Positions 25,901 through 37,730 of a stretch of 64,000 nucleotides of DNA are shown here, in pieces. Below the pieces are notes generated by a model, which made no database searches, was not told the origin of the DNA, and saw only the letters and a list, made by a program, of their open reading frames with translations. Every line of letters begins with the position of its first letter. The stretch's first letter is position 1. This DNA is from Cirrosporium novae-zelandiae (taxonomy: Eukaryota): contig JAPETS010000004.1 in the NCBI GenBank assembly GCA_026023565.1, positions 124,001 to 188,000 of the forward strand, read 5' to 3'. Both the position numbers and the translations under genes were made by a program.

Positions 25901-27555
25901 ATCTACAATTTATTAGATCTAATATTTCTAGCAAGATCGTTTATGGTACTTACCCGTGAGTTATATTCCGTTTCATAGACAGTGTTAGTTGTAACATAGG
26001 GAACACTTTTGCTCAGTCGGTGTGGAATGAACGGTGCTGGAGCGATACTACAGTACACGGGCTCTGCAGTAACCGCAAGCGTGATTGTTTCAACCTGGAT
26101 AACGGTGGCTTGCGCCGTCATATTGGTCCTGTTATTCATTGGGGGTGCGGGAGTGAAGACAGCACAGCTGGCAGTATTGTACGAGGTTCCATTGATGAAT
26201 GTGAAATTACTGTGTTTAGGGGCTGGAATTATTCCACTTGGCCCTTGAAAATAGTACGTTCCGTTGGGTGACATCTTTAAATAATTCCATGGAATATCAT
26301 CCCAGCTCAGAGGTTCCTCTTCTGCAAGTTCCACTATTGCATCGACAATCTCCGGATTAAGTATTGACAGGTCAAAATTCGGAATACCTATAATATCCGG
26401 CAAAGGCACTGTCATGGTTGCATTTAGACTGGGGAGCACGCCAACGAGGAGTGAGGGATTGAGGTCAAGGAGATTAAAGCCAGTTGCTGCTAATGACGGC
26501 ATAGCAACGGTTACCATAGTGAAATTCGTGAGATTTAGTGCGCCACTTCCAGTGGGCACGGCAGATAGATCAGCGGTAGTAGCAATATCATTCAGAGGCG
26601 CTGCTGGAACAACATAGGTTCCAACAGCGGTTCCATTGGGTAAAAAATATGTAACCAAGGTAGAACTGGGGGTTAGTAATGAATTCGTAGATACACTAGA
26701 ATAGGTTGAACGTGAGATGGCCAACGAATTAGAAGTCATCGGATTGATTCTCGTGATAGGCTTCGTAGTATCTGGAACTTGGATGTTACTTTCGAGGACT
26801 GAAGCCGAGGGTTGGATTTCGACCAGACTGGGCGAATAGTCGATGATTGAAATTATTGTCTCGTTTGTTAGAATTGCTGTAACAAGGCTGGAGGTAGTAG
26901 CAGAAGAAGGCCCAACTTCGTAAGATGTCGAGAAGGGTTCCGTTGAATAACGGGAGATTGTATCACTAGAATTGGCGCTACTCGATGTGGGCATTGGCGA
27001 TTCTTCCGTGGTTGAAAGGTATGTGTCTTTCTGCGAAGAGTCTGGTGTTTTAGCAGTTGATGAGAGGGGAGAGGTAGTCGTTCTCGCAGCTGAAGACACT
27101 GAACTGATTGAGTCATCGTTGCTGTAGCTATAGCTCGAGCTAGAAGATAGAGCTGTCACAGATTGCTGGGTGCTTGGTATCGACAAGCTCGGTAAGGATA
27201 TACTTGAAGTGGAGGTGCTCGATAAAAGCGAAGAAGCAGAGGTGATGGAGAAAACACTGCTCTTATTATCAAAGCTGCTGCTGATTCCTGTCGAAGATAG
27301 CGAGGATTCGACATCGTTGACTAAACTAGAAGTGATAGAAGAAGAAATGGTAGGACTGGCAGATATGGTGGTAGTATTGAAGTACGCAGGAACGCTACGA
27401 TAGGCTAGAAAGGCAAGTTAATTAGCTTGGTAAAAGCACGCGAATAGTTGACAAGCAAGCCTACCATGCCGGCCATCTACCAGTAGAAAACAATAACTAA
27501 ATGCAGTGAAAAGAAAAACGAAAGGACGGCCGAAATTGATCAAGCTCATAGCCAT
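22987..27555 (-). CDS. Very large secreted Ser/Thr/Gly-rich repeat protein, probable GPI-anchored wall protein/adhesin (~1468 aa); exons 27465-27555, 25954-27404, 25861-25902, 22987-25809
   Basis: N-terminal hydrophobic signal (MAMSLINFGRPFVFLFTAFSYCFLLVDG). Three GT-AG introns join the ORFs in frame. Internal ~50-aa repeats and a hydrophobic C-terminal tail after KKGDA. Confidence 0.75.
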
Positions 27556-30210
27556 GAAAAATCCAATGGTTTGGATAAGAAGAAGCAAAGAAATGGGAAG
27601 ATGAAAGAATGTCGTTCGTATCAAGTATTCATGTTTGGGTCCGAGTCAAGATGCTTGGCAACAGCCAGGACAATTACACAAAATTTCAGCTGAAAAGAGG
27701 TTTCATATTAACTCATTTCGAAGCTTTATTTGATGCTCAACCTGGCGGGGCTTTCAAGCTTGCATGGGTTGGGAGGATTATATTGGATCATATCCAACCA
27801 TATCTTCCATATCTTCCATGTCTTTCAACGTGGCTGATGTTTCTCGTATAGTTGTAGTAGATGAAGAGAGTGGCGCCGAACGGCAACCAACTTCATCTTG
27901 TTTCCACCACATAAGCAAGCCGTTTTGAAAATTAAAAAAGTCAATCAATCCAATTAATCATTAAATGGCACAAATAGTGAGTGAAGTGAATGAGGGGTGG
28001 GGAGCTTGGAGGATATTTAATAACTTTTACCACGTAACCTCGCTATTTTTGGCACTTCAAAGCCTAGCACTTGCGGGGTTCGCGATAGCTTAGAATATGA
28101 GAGACAGCGTCCGGGTAGATTTAAAGCTGTTGTAATGCTAAAGAGCAATTTGCACTGAACACCGCCGCTCGGGTTATTGGCTCTAACGTTATGTCGGGGT
28201 ATTCCAGAGCCCCCATGGACAAATATCGGGGTGCAAATGATTGCGAATTTAATGTTCAACGTCTGGAAGATTTCCGTGTAGTTTGCAGTTCTTTTCCGAT
28301 GGAATTTATTAGGTGAAAGAGAATGCTTCGTAGGTATATGGTGGCTAGTAACTTGTGGACTTAAGTGGGCGAAAAAGGTCATGGGATGAGAACCAAGGAT
28401 CTAGCATCAGAAGAGGTTGATGAGAAATTTCATACCAAAAGGTGTTATAGGGTTGAAGGCGATAAAGAATGATTGTCCTAGTAGAGAGATCAGATAAAGC
28501 CTCGATTCTAGTAATATATTATAGGTCCAGTGATGATCAAGGTTTCCTTAGCTGTCGGGTTTAAGTATGTCGATCTGTATATCTAGGTATCTGTCAAAAT
28601 CCAATTCAAAAATGGGGGGGCGTGCAAGTGACAGACACCAGACATAGAAAGGCCTCAATGGTGGATGAATGTTATCGCAAAATGAATCATTCAAGGGCTG
28701 GGAGTAAGTAAGCGGTAGCACGTGGTAGATAGTTAGGTTGTAACGAGAATAAACGAGAAAATAACCAAAATAACCAGAATCATGACCAGAATAACCATCC
28801 GGCGCTTACAGTTCCACTCCTCAACAACTGACTGAGCTACATCCTTTCATATGATAAACGATAACCCCAATAATTCCCCGTGAAGAATCTAGACTTTCTG
28901 CATGCATTATAGACAAACCATCAATACAGACTCGTGAGACCTAGTCACAAGCAAGCTGCTTGAATCAGGTATCGATTTCCATACCAAGAGAAATTTATAA
29001 CATCGGGAGGAGAGTTGTGTGTTAAGAAACTGGCAGAACAAATAAATTACAGAGTAAGAGAATGGCGGGATGCCCGAATGAATAGGATGATGGAAATGCC
29101 TCCTCTTTCTGCGCTGTTGTTGTTGATGATGATGATACATAGATAGCCTCGATCAAAGTTCTGGCACTTGGTGGGGCCAGGATGACAATACGACAGCAAA
29201 TCCTAGTCTGATGGGATCCCAAATCCGGTCAAAAAGTCCATTTGGCCATTTCACTCTCTAAATCGTTCCCCGGGCTCGCTCAAGATAGCCCCAAAGATAG
29301 TCTGCAAACCTGGACCTGAGTGTATATACACAGTACTTTCATTTAGCCCTCCACACCTTTTTTACATATTTCATATTATCTACGACGTGTCTCCACATCA
29401 TGTATACACCACTGCTTAACCAAGACCAGTCACCTCTTCTGCTCTCCAACTTGCTACTTCTGTGCATTGGGTTCTGTCATAACAATCAAGATTACCAAGT
29501 GTGGCGTCCTTCAATCTGTCAATCAAATGCCGCATTTTTCCATAACCCTGTAACAAAGCTTCATCTTCATCGTGCATTGACCTTCAAATTTCTCCTTCAA
29601 TCCATTATATACCAATCCAAACAAAGAAAAATTTTCCATATCAAGGGAAGATCAACTATTCTTCCCTTCATTCGATCCGTCCGGCGTTCCTAGTTTGCGA
29701 ATATGGAGGAATATCAGCCTGGATTATTTGCTGTATCGCCTTAACAGAAAGTGTAGATAGGGCGATAAGATAAGACTATACATGAACGGAGCCAAGGTGT
29801 GTAAACCTTCGACTTAGCCGTGGTATCCCCGAAACAATACCGTATCAATCCCATTGACGTGTTTCGTCCCGAGTCGGAAGGGCGGGGCCTTTGTGGGAAA
29901 GATCCCCAGACATTCCACTCAAAGCTGGAACCGTCGATACTCCTGAAAGGACCCTGATGGGGTTGTTACAGATATCACAACATCCCAAAGTGGAATATCA
30001 ACACCCAACGGGTATATAGTTGAGCCATATCAACCTAGCACCCATCAACATCATCACTTCGTCGCATTTCTCATGGTATCGACCCCAGACATCTTTCTTG
30101 TTTAGAGACCTGAAGTTGCTTTCTCAAGTGACATTCATTCCCCTGACATTCACCTTAACATTACCAAGAACAACCTTCCCATTGAGACAGGAGCAGAGTT
30201 GAGCATCGAT

Positions 30211-31454
30211 ATGGCCGCTGTAGCAGTCCTCCCAACACCGGCAGGTGGAAAACACAACTTTACCCCCATCATTATCCGTGATAAACACACAGAAAAGCTC
30301 ACACATAATTTTGATCCAAAGAAGCATGTTGCTTTTGAACCGCCAGAGAAGGTGTGGCAAATGATAGACATTGGATTTCCGCACTCCAAGGGCGTATCTC
30401 CCGTTGCTGTTTCTGAGCCATTTCGGCTTTTCTCTGCGGAAGCAATCCAAGAAATGAGAAACGAGGTTCTCAGCGACGAGATATGGAACAATCACAGGTA
30501 TAGTAGCAATCTAGCTAACTGTCAACTCAGAGGGTTTGGTCCAAAGTAAGTAGTTTCAGATGCTAGTCATGTTTACAATGCTAATCTAAGAAGGTTGGCA
30601 CCTTTCGTTTATGATGCCTGGAAGAGCCCGGAGGTTCTTGCCATTGTTTCAAAGATTGCCGGTGTTGAGCTGGTACCAGAAATGGACTTTGAAATTGGAC
30701 ATATTAATATCTCTGTCAAATCGGAGGAGCAAAGAGCCAAAGATATGGCTGTTGTAAAGGAGAAAGCGGCACGAGAAGCAGACGAAGGAGTTTCAGGTTG
30801 TCCATGGGAGGACGATGAGACGTCTGAAAAGTCCGTTGTTGGATGGCATACTGATAGCTATCCATTTGTGTGTGTCTTGATGTTGAGCGATTGCACGGCC
30901 ATGATTGGCGGGGAGACAGCGTTGAAGACTGGGACTGGAGAGATCAAGAAAGTCCGTGGTCCTCAAGTGGTATGTATGATCGATTGTATTCATTAACTAC
31001 ATGTGCTAATAAAATATAGGGATGTGCTGCCATTCTTCAGGGACGTTATATTGAGCACCAGGCATTACCAGCGTTCAACCAGTCAGAACGCATAACCATG
31101 GTTACTTCATTCCGCCCGCGCTCCCCCAGCCTTCCGGATGACACTGTTTTAACAACGGTGCGACCAATTTCTGACCTTTCTGAGCTTTACTACCAATTTA
31201 GTGAGTATCGGCTGGAGATTCTGGAAGAGCGGATTCGAACGCAGCTCAAGAACATGCGTGAAAAGAAGCAAGCTGGAAAGAAGTTGAATACTGTAGAACT
31301 GAAAGACTTTTTGAGAGCTCAGGAGGTCTTTCTGGCTCACATGAACAAGGAGATGGTTGAAGAAGGGAAAGTTACCAAAGGAATGGTTGACGATAGTCAC
31401 CTACTGGACAAAGGTGCGGAAAAGCGAGCCAAGAAGAGACAAAGGGCTCTTTAA
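30211..31454 (+). CDS. Fungal 2-oxoglutarate/Fe(II)-dioxygenase-like protein (~381 aa); introns 30546-30593 (or -30590) and 30970-31019
   Basis: WHTDSYPFVCVLMLSD (HxD), GGETAL, QGRYIEHQAL (distal His), ERITMVTSFR (2OG-binding Arg). Confidence 0.75.
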
Positions 31455-32230
31455 GGATGAGATGGGGATTTTTTCACGAATGATGTTTATATGAATGACT
31501 TTCTAGGGTATCAGAATTTGCAAAGGTTTTTTGGAGTTTCTTGTTAGCTGATATATTTGGTTCTGTTGATGCCCTTAGCGGCTGTACGGAGGGGGGAGTT
31601 GGATATAATTATCTGGATGAAGATAGTTGAAGAAGTAGTTTCATGCACAAGCACTGTTAAACAATATTATTTATTGATTGGCGAATGGATTGCAGCCAGG
31701 AGCTGGATCAGAAACCACAATAAAGACTGATGATGAACATGATATCTCTTAAGTCAACCCTCGTTCCTTTCCAAGTTAAAGGCTGAAACCTGGGGAACAT
31801 TAGTCAGAGAACTGGTATTCTATATGTAGTTTGATTTATACAGTGCGTCATGACTATGTTCCGACACATTGGTCTCTCAATTCGGGAGGGCTTCAACGCT
31901 GTTTTTGGTGGCATTTGTCCCCCTGGATTCACCTAAACGAAATAACAGCCCTCCAATACCACACTTATCTCTATTATGTTCAACGACCGGGGCTCAATGT
32001 TGGAATGATGTAGAGTCTCCAGCCCTATAGGTTCCAAAGAAGGCTTGAGGCTGGCGTTGCCTTCAAATTCATTCTATCGTCAACCACATCGATCCTAACA
32101 TTTCAAATCCTCGAGATTCAACATCAAGTCCTTACTACACCTTCTTCATGATCTCGGTGACTTGGACTCATCGTATTCGAAAACATTTCAAACAACTTTG
32201 TCGCACCATTCCTCCGCCTTTAGATTCACC

Positions 32231-32422
32231 ATGTGCGAAGATGCCTATGTGTTGGCTAGGGGGTGTGGCCACTATTATGACCTAGATATCAGAAGATGTG
32301 CGAATGCAATCCAAAACAACACTACTTGTCCACCACCTCGTGAGCGGGTCCGCTACCCTCAAGAGGATCATGATAGAAAATGCAAATCATGCCAAGGACA
32401 GTCTCCTCCAGACTCCGATTAG
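32231..32422 (+). CDS. Small 63-aa Cys/His-rich putative zinc-binding protein
   Basis: MC...GCGH...C...C...CKSC pattern; good Kozak-like context CACCATG. Confidence 0.55.
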   Translation: MCEDAYVLARGCGHYYDLDIRRCANAIQNNTTCPPPRERVRYPQEDHDRKCKSCQGQSPPDSD

Positions 32423-32893
32423 TATGTAGGCGTCAACTTCTTTCCTTTTACTCTGGCAGAAATTTACGTCATCTGGCAGATATGGTCTTAGAGAGGGAAT
32501 CCAAAACACTATTGGATCTTTGTAGACGATACCTGGGGGAAGGAAGTGTTAATTTGTTTCGTTTCAAATGTAGTAATTCCGTCGGGTAGGACAAGCTATC
32601 GACATACTGTCGGCCTCGGCAACTTATGTCTAGCCGTCTTTTTTGAGATCCAAATACAAAACATCTTCTCGTACAGTACTCCGTAGCTGCCTAATGCCCA
32701 GCTGGATTTGGCCTCCGCGCATGCGTAAAATAGCTGTTTATCTTGACTTTCTCCGCCAGATAATATGTTGTTGACCACTGCCGATTTTGGCATAGTCAAA
32801 TTCAGCCATTCGCAGGCGAGGAGGTATGCGGCCTTCGTTCTAGCAAGCAGCCTTTCTGCTCCACCATTCCAGCTTCCTTATCAATGTTAGAAT

Positions 32894-33403
32894 ATGGTGA
32901 GGGAAAATATGCCTGATCTGCAAAATGAGCTTCGTGTCGCTATCCGTTATAATACCGTGAGGGTCCCTAGCTTGTCAAGTAATAGGGCACAACGGATCGC
33001 CGAGGACTTTGCCTTCTTGAAGCTATCTAGGCATTTCGATTACGACCAGGACTTTATTCATTACCCCACAGATTTCGATAGCGACATTCCGAAATGGGTT
33101 TGGATTTTGTGCGATTTCAATGTCCGGGACCGTCTCCCCCAAGTCGAGAATGTCCCAGTACAATTCTGGAAGGTTGATTACGATGAAAAGCATTCAGCGT
33201 AAGTTGTAGTATCTTATAATTGTCGACTAGTCTCTAATACACCCAATAGGAACTTCAAACAGTATCGAGCGAATGCGAAGCACTTTGTCGACCATTTTCC
33301 GTGGGGAGGAAGAGATCATGAATGGGAATATCGATTACAACGAAGAGCTGTTCTGTCAAAAACTGCAAAAGCGGTGCCGTCCATGATAGATAGTAAAAGC
33401 TAA
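32894..33403 (+). CDS. Hypothetical protein (~152 aa); intron 33199-33249
   Basis: GTAAGT...CTAAT...TAG intron continues the frame (..EKHSANFKQYRANAKHFVDHFPWGGR..); protein-like composition. Confidence 0.55.
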
Positions 33404-33599
33404 GGGATTTTCCTGGGGGTATTAAGACAGAGTCGGGATGAAACCGGCAAAGGGAAGGCTATCAAAGAAATCCCTAGCGCAAATTAATGATAGTTTAATG
33501 GGAGGATTGGTGGCAGGTGCGCTGTGACCATTGATTAAGAGTTGGCTGCGAAATAACGAATATTATCTCACAGATCATAGATATATGATTAAAGCATTA

Positions 33600-33915
33600 T
33601 TCCGCTTTTTTGCAGGTTGTGGGTTTCATCGTAGATCTCGGTACTCATCTCCTATCTCCTCCTGGTACTCCCGCTTGGTCCCCCGCTGCTCCTACTCTCT
33701 ATCATTGTCACCGCTGTCCCCTCCGATTGCCTCTACTGCCTTCCGTTGCCCTTATTATTGCCACTGCAGAAGGCCTTCCTCTAACAGTTACCTTTCCTCT
33801 AGCTTTCACAATTAATAAGATGCTAAAGGATAACAGTCTTGTTCGATAGTCAAGCGTTTACGAAACAATGAGTAACACTACGAATATCTGCTCGGGTAAG
33901 ACTGGCATGTTAAGC
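33600..33915 (+). pseudogene. Degenerate fragment of a PMC1-like Ca2+ P-type ATPase (TM4 to phosphorylation motif)
   Basis: Reads IIATAEGLPLTVTFPLAFTINKMLKDNSLVR*SSVYETMSNTTNICSGKTGMLS versus consensus [51 protein letters not shown]; in-frame TAG at 33847. Confidence 0.85.
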
Positions 33916-34603
33916 GCGGCATAATCTATTATGAAGGAGAACGCTACCTAATTACCTAGATCAGTGTTCAACTTTGGTATCAAGCCAAGGGAACACTCCT
34001 AAGCTATCATCACTTATTGCCTCTGGCATTTAATTTTATGAGAATTATCCATCTATAGCGCCATCTATATAGTTGTTCCCATTATACTGCCTTGGATTTA
34101 AGCGCTGCCCTCACCCTATTTACAGCTGGTGGGTGTCTTCTATCAAAGAAGGCAGATTTTAGCGTAGATAGAATTCACTCCTTATAAATCTCTTCGCTCG
34201 GGCTAAACATCGTTTAAAAGCCCCGGGAATGTCGAACAGCAGGTACGTAAATGCTAGTTATTAGTTAAAATGAAGTTGAAATGGATGAAGGTGTATTAGT
34301 AATAAATTAGTAAATATATACTAAAAGTACCTAGGTACCTGGGATAGCGATTGGCTAGAGGATTGGAGGGGGTTGCAGGAATTGATTAAATCAAGCAACA
34401 CGGGCCATCATCACCAAACCCTGTCTCTACCTGTCATGCCTGTCTCACTTCTAACCTCCGCTCTTCATCCAAATATCAACATCTCCAACTCTCCGAAAAT
34501 AAAATTTATTAAATCACTATTTTTCTGAACCTTACCAAGACCATCACAGTCTGCTTGTTACTATAACTTTGCTCTCTTGGTAAAAATCCTTGGTAAAAAA
34601 AAA

Positions 34604-36866
34604 ATGAAACCCTGTGACTCTCCTCGTTCTTCCCAGACCAAAAAGTCGGTTTTAAGGAGAGAGTTGGGATCACCTGGTATTTCGAAGGCTAGAAAGAGAA
34701 AGATACCCAGGAAAAATGAAGAATTCGAAGATGGTGCTGAGACCAGTACAGCTGCAATTTCCCAAGTAAGCTGAGATTAGAACATCCAAACAACTACTAC
34801 CCATAGAATCCAAGCTAATAACCTTTTTCTTAGCTACTCGCCACGATCCAGTCACATCTGGCACACATGAGAAACATCACATCGTGTCGCATCTGTACGA
34901 AACCTCTCTATGAACCTTACACATTAAGTTGTGGACATACCTTCTGCTACAGTGTAAGGAATGAATGCTTGTGGTTGTGTTTGATTCGCTAATGTACTGT
35001 AGTGCCTGGTGCAGTGGTTTGGATCCGAGAACGGGAAACCAACGTGTCCTGATTGCAGATGTGATATTAAACAGCAGCCTGCCTCAGCCTATTTGGTACG
35101 CACCACCGTTATATTCTACGTGTGCATTGGCTAACTTGCAACAACTACACAGCTTCGGGAACTCACGCAAGTACTTACTGGACAAGCGGAACTTCTTCCT
35201 GTCGATGAAACCACCGAAGAACACAAGAAATTCCATGCAGAGGAAAAGGCCATCGTTGACCGAGATAAAACAGACACAAGCATTTCTGGAGGCCTTTTTA
35301 AAGGGTTGTTTAAACGACCACATCTCCTCGATGTTCTTCACGAGGATGATGGTACTGAGCGGTGTCCATCATGTTTCTGGGAGCTCGAGGGAGGATACTG
35401 CGAACGTTGTGATATCCAGTTTGACGAGGATGGACATTATATGTCAGATATGTTAGAACACTCTTCTGGTGAAGAAGAGGAGGAGGAGGAGGAAGATGAG
35501 GAAGAGGAAGACGAGGAAGAAATAGAGGCGGATGAGGAAGCGGAAGAGGAAGATAGTGATGATGGTGAGACCAGCTCTCTAGAACTTGATGGTTTCCATT
35601 TCCAATTAAGAAAAGAGGATACTAGTTCGGAGGAGGACGATGATGATGATGACGAGAACTTTCATAACGAGGAGGGCCGCCACCTACCCCTCGGTGTTTA
35701 CCCTGATTTTCCCGAATGGATTGCAGACCGTCTACGCCCAACGGATGTAGTTGTTGACAGTTCCACTGATGGGAGAGACAAAGATGCTGAGGAAGACAAT
35801 TCCGACGATGAAGACAATTCTATGATTGACTTTATTAATGATGAGGCTGAAGAGGTTGACTATAGTGGAGTTGAAGATGATGATGACGAGGGCGATAGTA
35901 GGTCCGAACTAGCTGCATTTTCACCCATGCACACTCAACCATCTCCTAGTGAGTCAGACCGAACCATAGCGAATCTAGACTCGGAAGAAGAAGGGGAACA
36001 AGAAGAAGAAGAAGAAGATGATGATGATGATGAAGAGGGACCTATATCTAATGGACGACGCGGCCGACGTATGCCTCATACTCGATCGATTGAGAAGTCT
36101 TCAGATTTCTCACGATCCCCAACTATCGAGGATGCTTCTGAAGAAGAGTTTGGGAGTGACTCCGATGATATGAGTGTTGATCGCACTGATATAATAGATG
36201 CAAATGGGTTTAGCCCTCTTATCAAACATGAAGATTCTGATGTGGTTAGCCAACAAACCCAGCAAAACCACTCACCTGATCATGGAAGCAACTCTAGTGA
36301 ACAAAATAGCGACGAAGGGATCGCACGGTCAGTACGTAGCACCTTCGGCCTAATTCTTCCTTTATAACTTTAGCAGGGGCATGATAAACCCGTCAGATCT
36401 AGATTCTTCAATCGTTGATCAATATGGCAACCTTCTATCTTCACTTTTGCAGGCATTTCCAAGCATTGAATCATGTTTCTTGGCCTCTTTAGTTGCCCCA
36501 TCTTCGACGGCTCCAAAAACACCCCCATTAGGAAATTCTCTATCAGTCACTACAACAGCAGATGCACCAACCCTATCAACCGATCATAGTACTTCCCCAA
36601 ACCAAACATTAACTTTTCAGTCCCCACATCACCGTCATCATGCCAATTCAACCGCACAATCACAGCTTCACTCCACACTACCTCCAAATTTCTCCGGGAT
36701 ATCTCGCCCTCGCACTACACGTCCTGGTGTGCGCATTTACTTTGGCGAATATCCCACCCAAGTCACCTCTATTCGAGGAGACCGACTCGGAACTTTCTTC
36801 GGGAATCTTCAGGACTTAGCTATTAGACATGGGATGGGCGATAGGCATATTAGCGTGATGTGGTAA
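34604..36866 (+). CDS. C3HC4 RING-finger E3 ligase with acidic tracts, Psh1-like; introns 34766-34833, 34954-35002, 35096-35152, probably 36328-36373 (3' end uncertain)
   Basis: Spliced CRIC.KPLYEPYTLSCGHTFCYSCLVQWF...TCPDCR; second motif DGTERCPSCFWELEGGYCERC; long D/E tracts. Confidence 0.8.
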
Positions 36867-37730
36867 TTTACGTGCGGCCTGCATGCATAATTTTGTCCTT
36901 ATCGCTGACATGATGATGAACACACGAATGAGGACTCTTATGAGACAAGGAAATTGGCTAAGCTGGCTTTTCATGCTTTTCTTTTCAGATAGCAATCATC
37001 TTCTTCCCCCTTGCGCTGCTGCGGCGTTTGTTCTAACCCATCTCCTTGGATTATTAGATTTATTTCATGTGCCCTCACGGGTACGACCACTATCATGGTA
37101 ACCCACCAGAGAAAAGAATTTATATACCTACCTAGCCCAAATTACATACCTGTAAATAATGCGACTCTGATGACTAGATGCTAATCGTTATTAATATTAT
37201 AAAATCCTTAATAGCTTTATAATATTGTAAAAGAATTAGTAATTAGAGCAATATAAAATTGAAATATCAACAAGAATTGCAATCTTTTCAGCGTACTTAC
37301 TTACTACAGCAGTACAAATGACGCAAGAATACTATCCCGAAAAATCAAGCCGGTATCATCTCCCACTGCCCCCCCTTCTTCCTTTGAGTACAATATTCAA
37401 ACCTTAATCTCAATTATCTAAGTCACTTGTCCCTGTGCCAGCAAAAGCAGTATTCATCACTCACAGGTATGTTAATACATACCCTAACCCTCCCCTAAAA
37501 ACAAAGCGTATAGTCTAAAATATTACTTTATTACTCTATAACCAATAATGGTACATAAACTTCAATCTTCATTAATATTTATATACAGCTTAACCCCCCC
37601 CCCCCCGGCTGGGCCTTGCTTTGCCCTCAATTCATTAACATCTATCCTTTTTTCCTAGTCTTGTTAGCTCTTTACTCCTATCTTTTCCTTCCTCTCCAAC
37701 GACGGGGAAAAACTCAACCAAAGCCCTTTT

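Noticed and set aside
31727..31790. Possible box C/D snoRNA (ATGATGA ... CTGA)
   Set aside because: Short, no terminal stem and no recognisable rRNA-complementary guide
33399..33479. Short inverted repeat (GGGATTT/AAATCCC) suggesting a MITE
   Set aside because: Arms only about 10 bp and imperfect; no clear TSD
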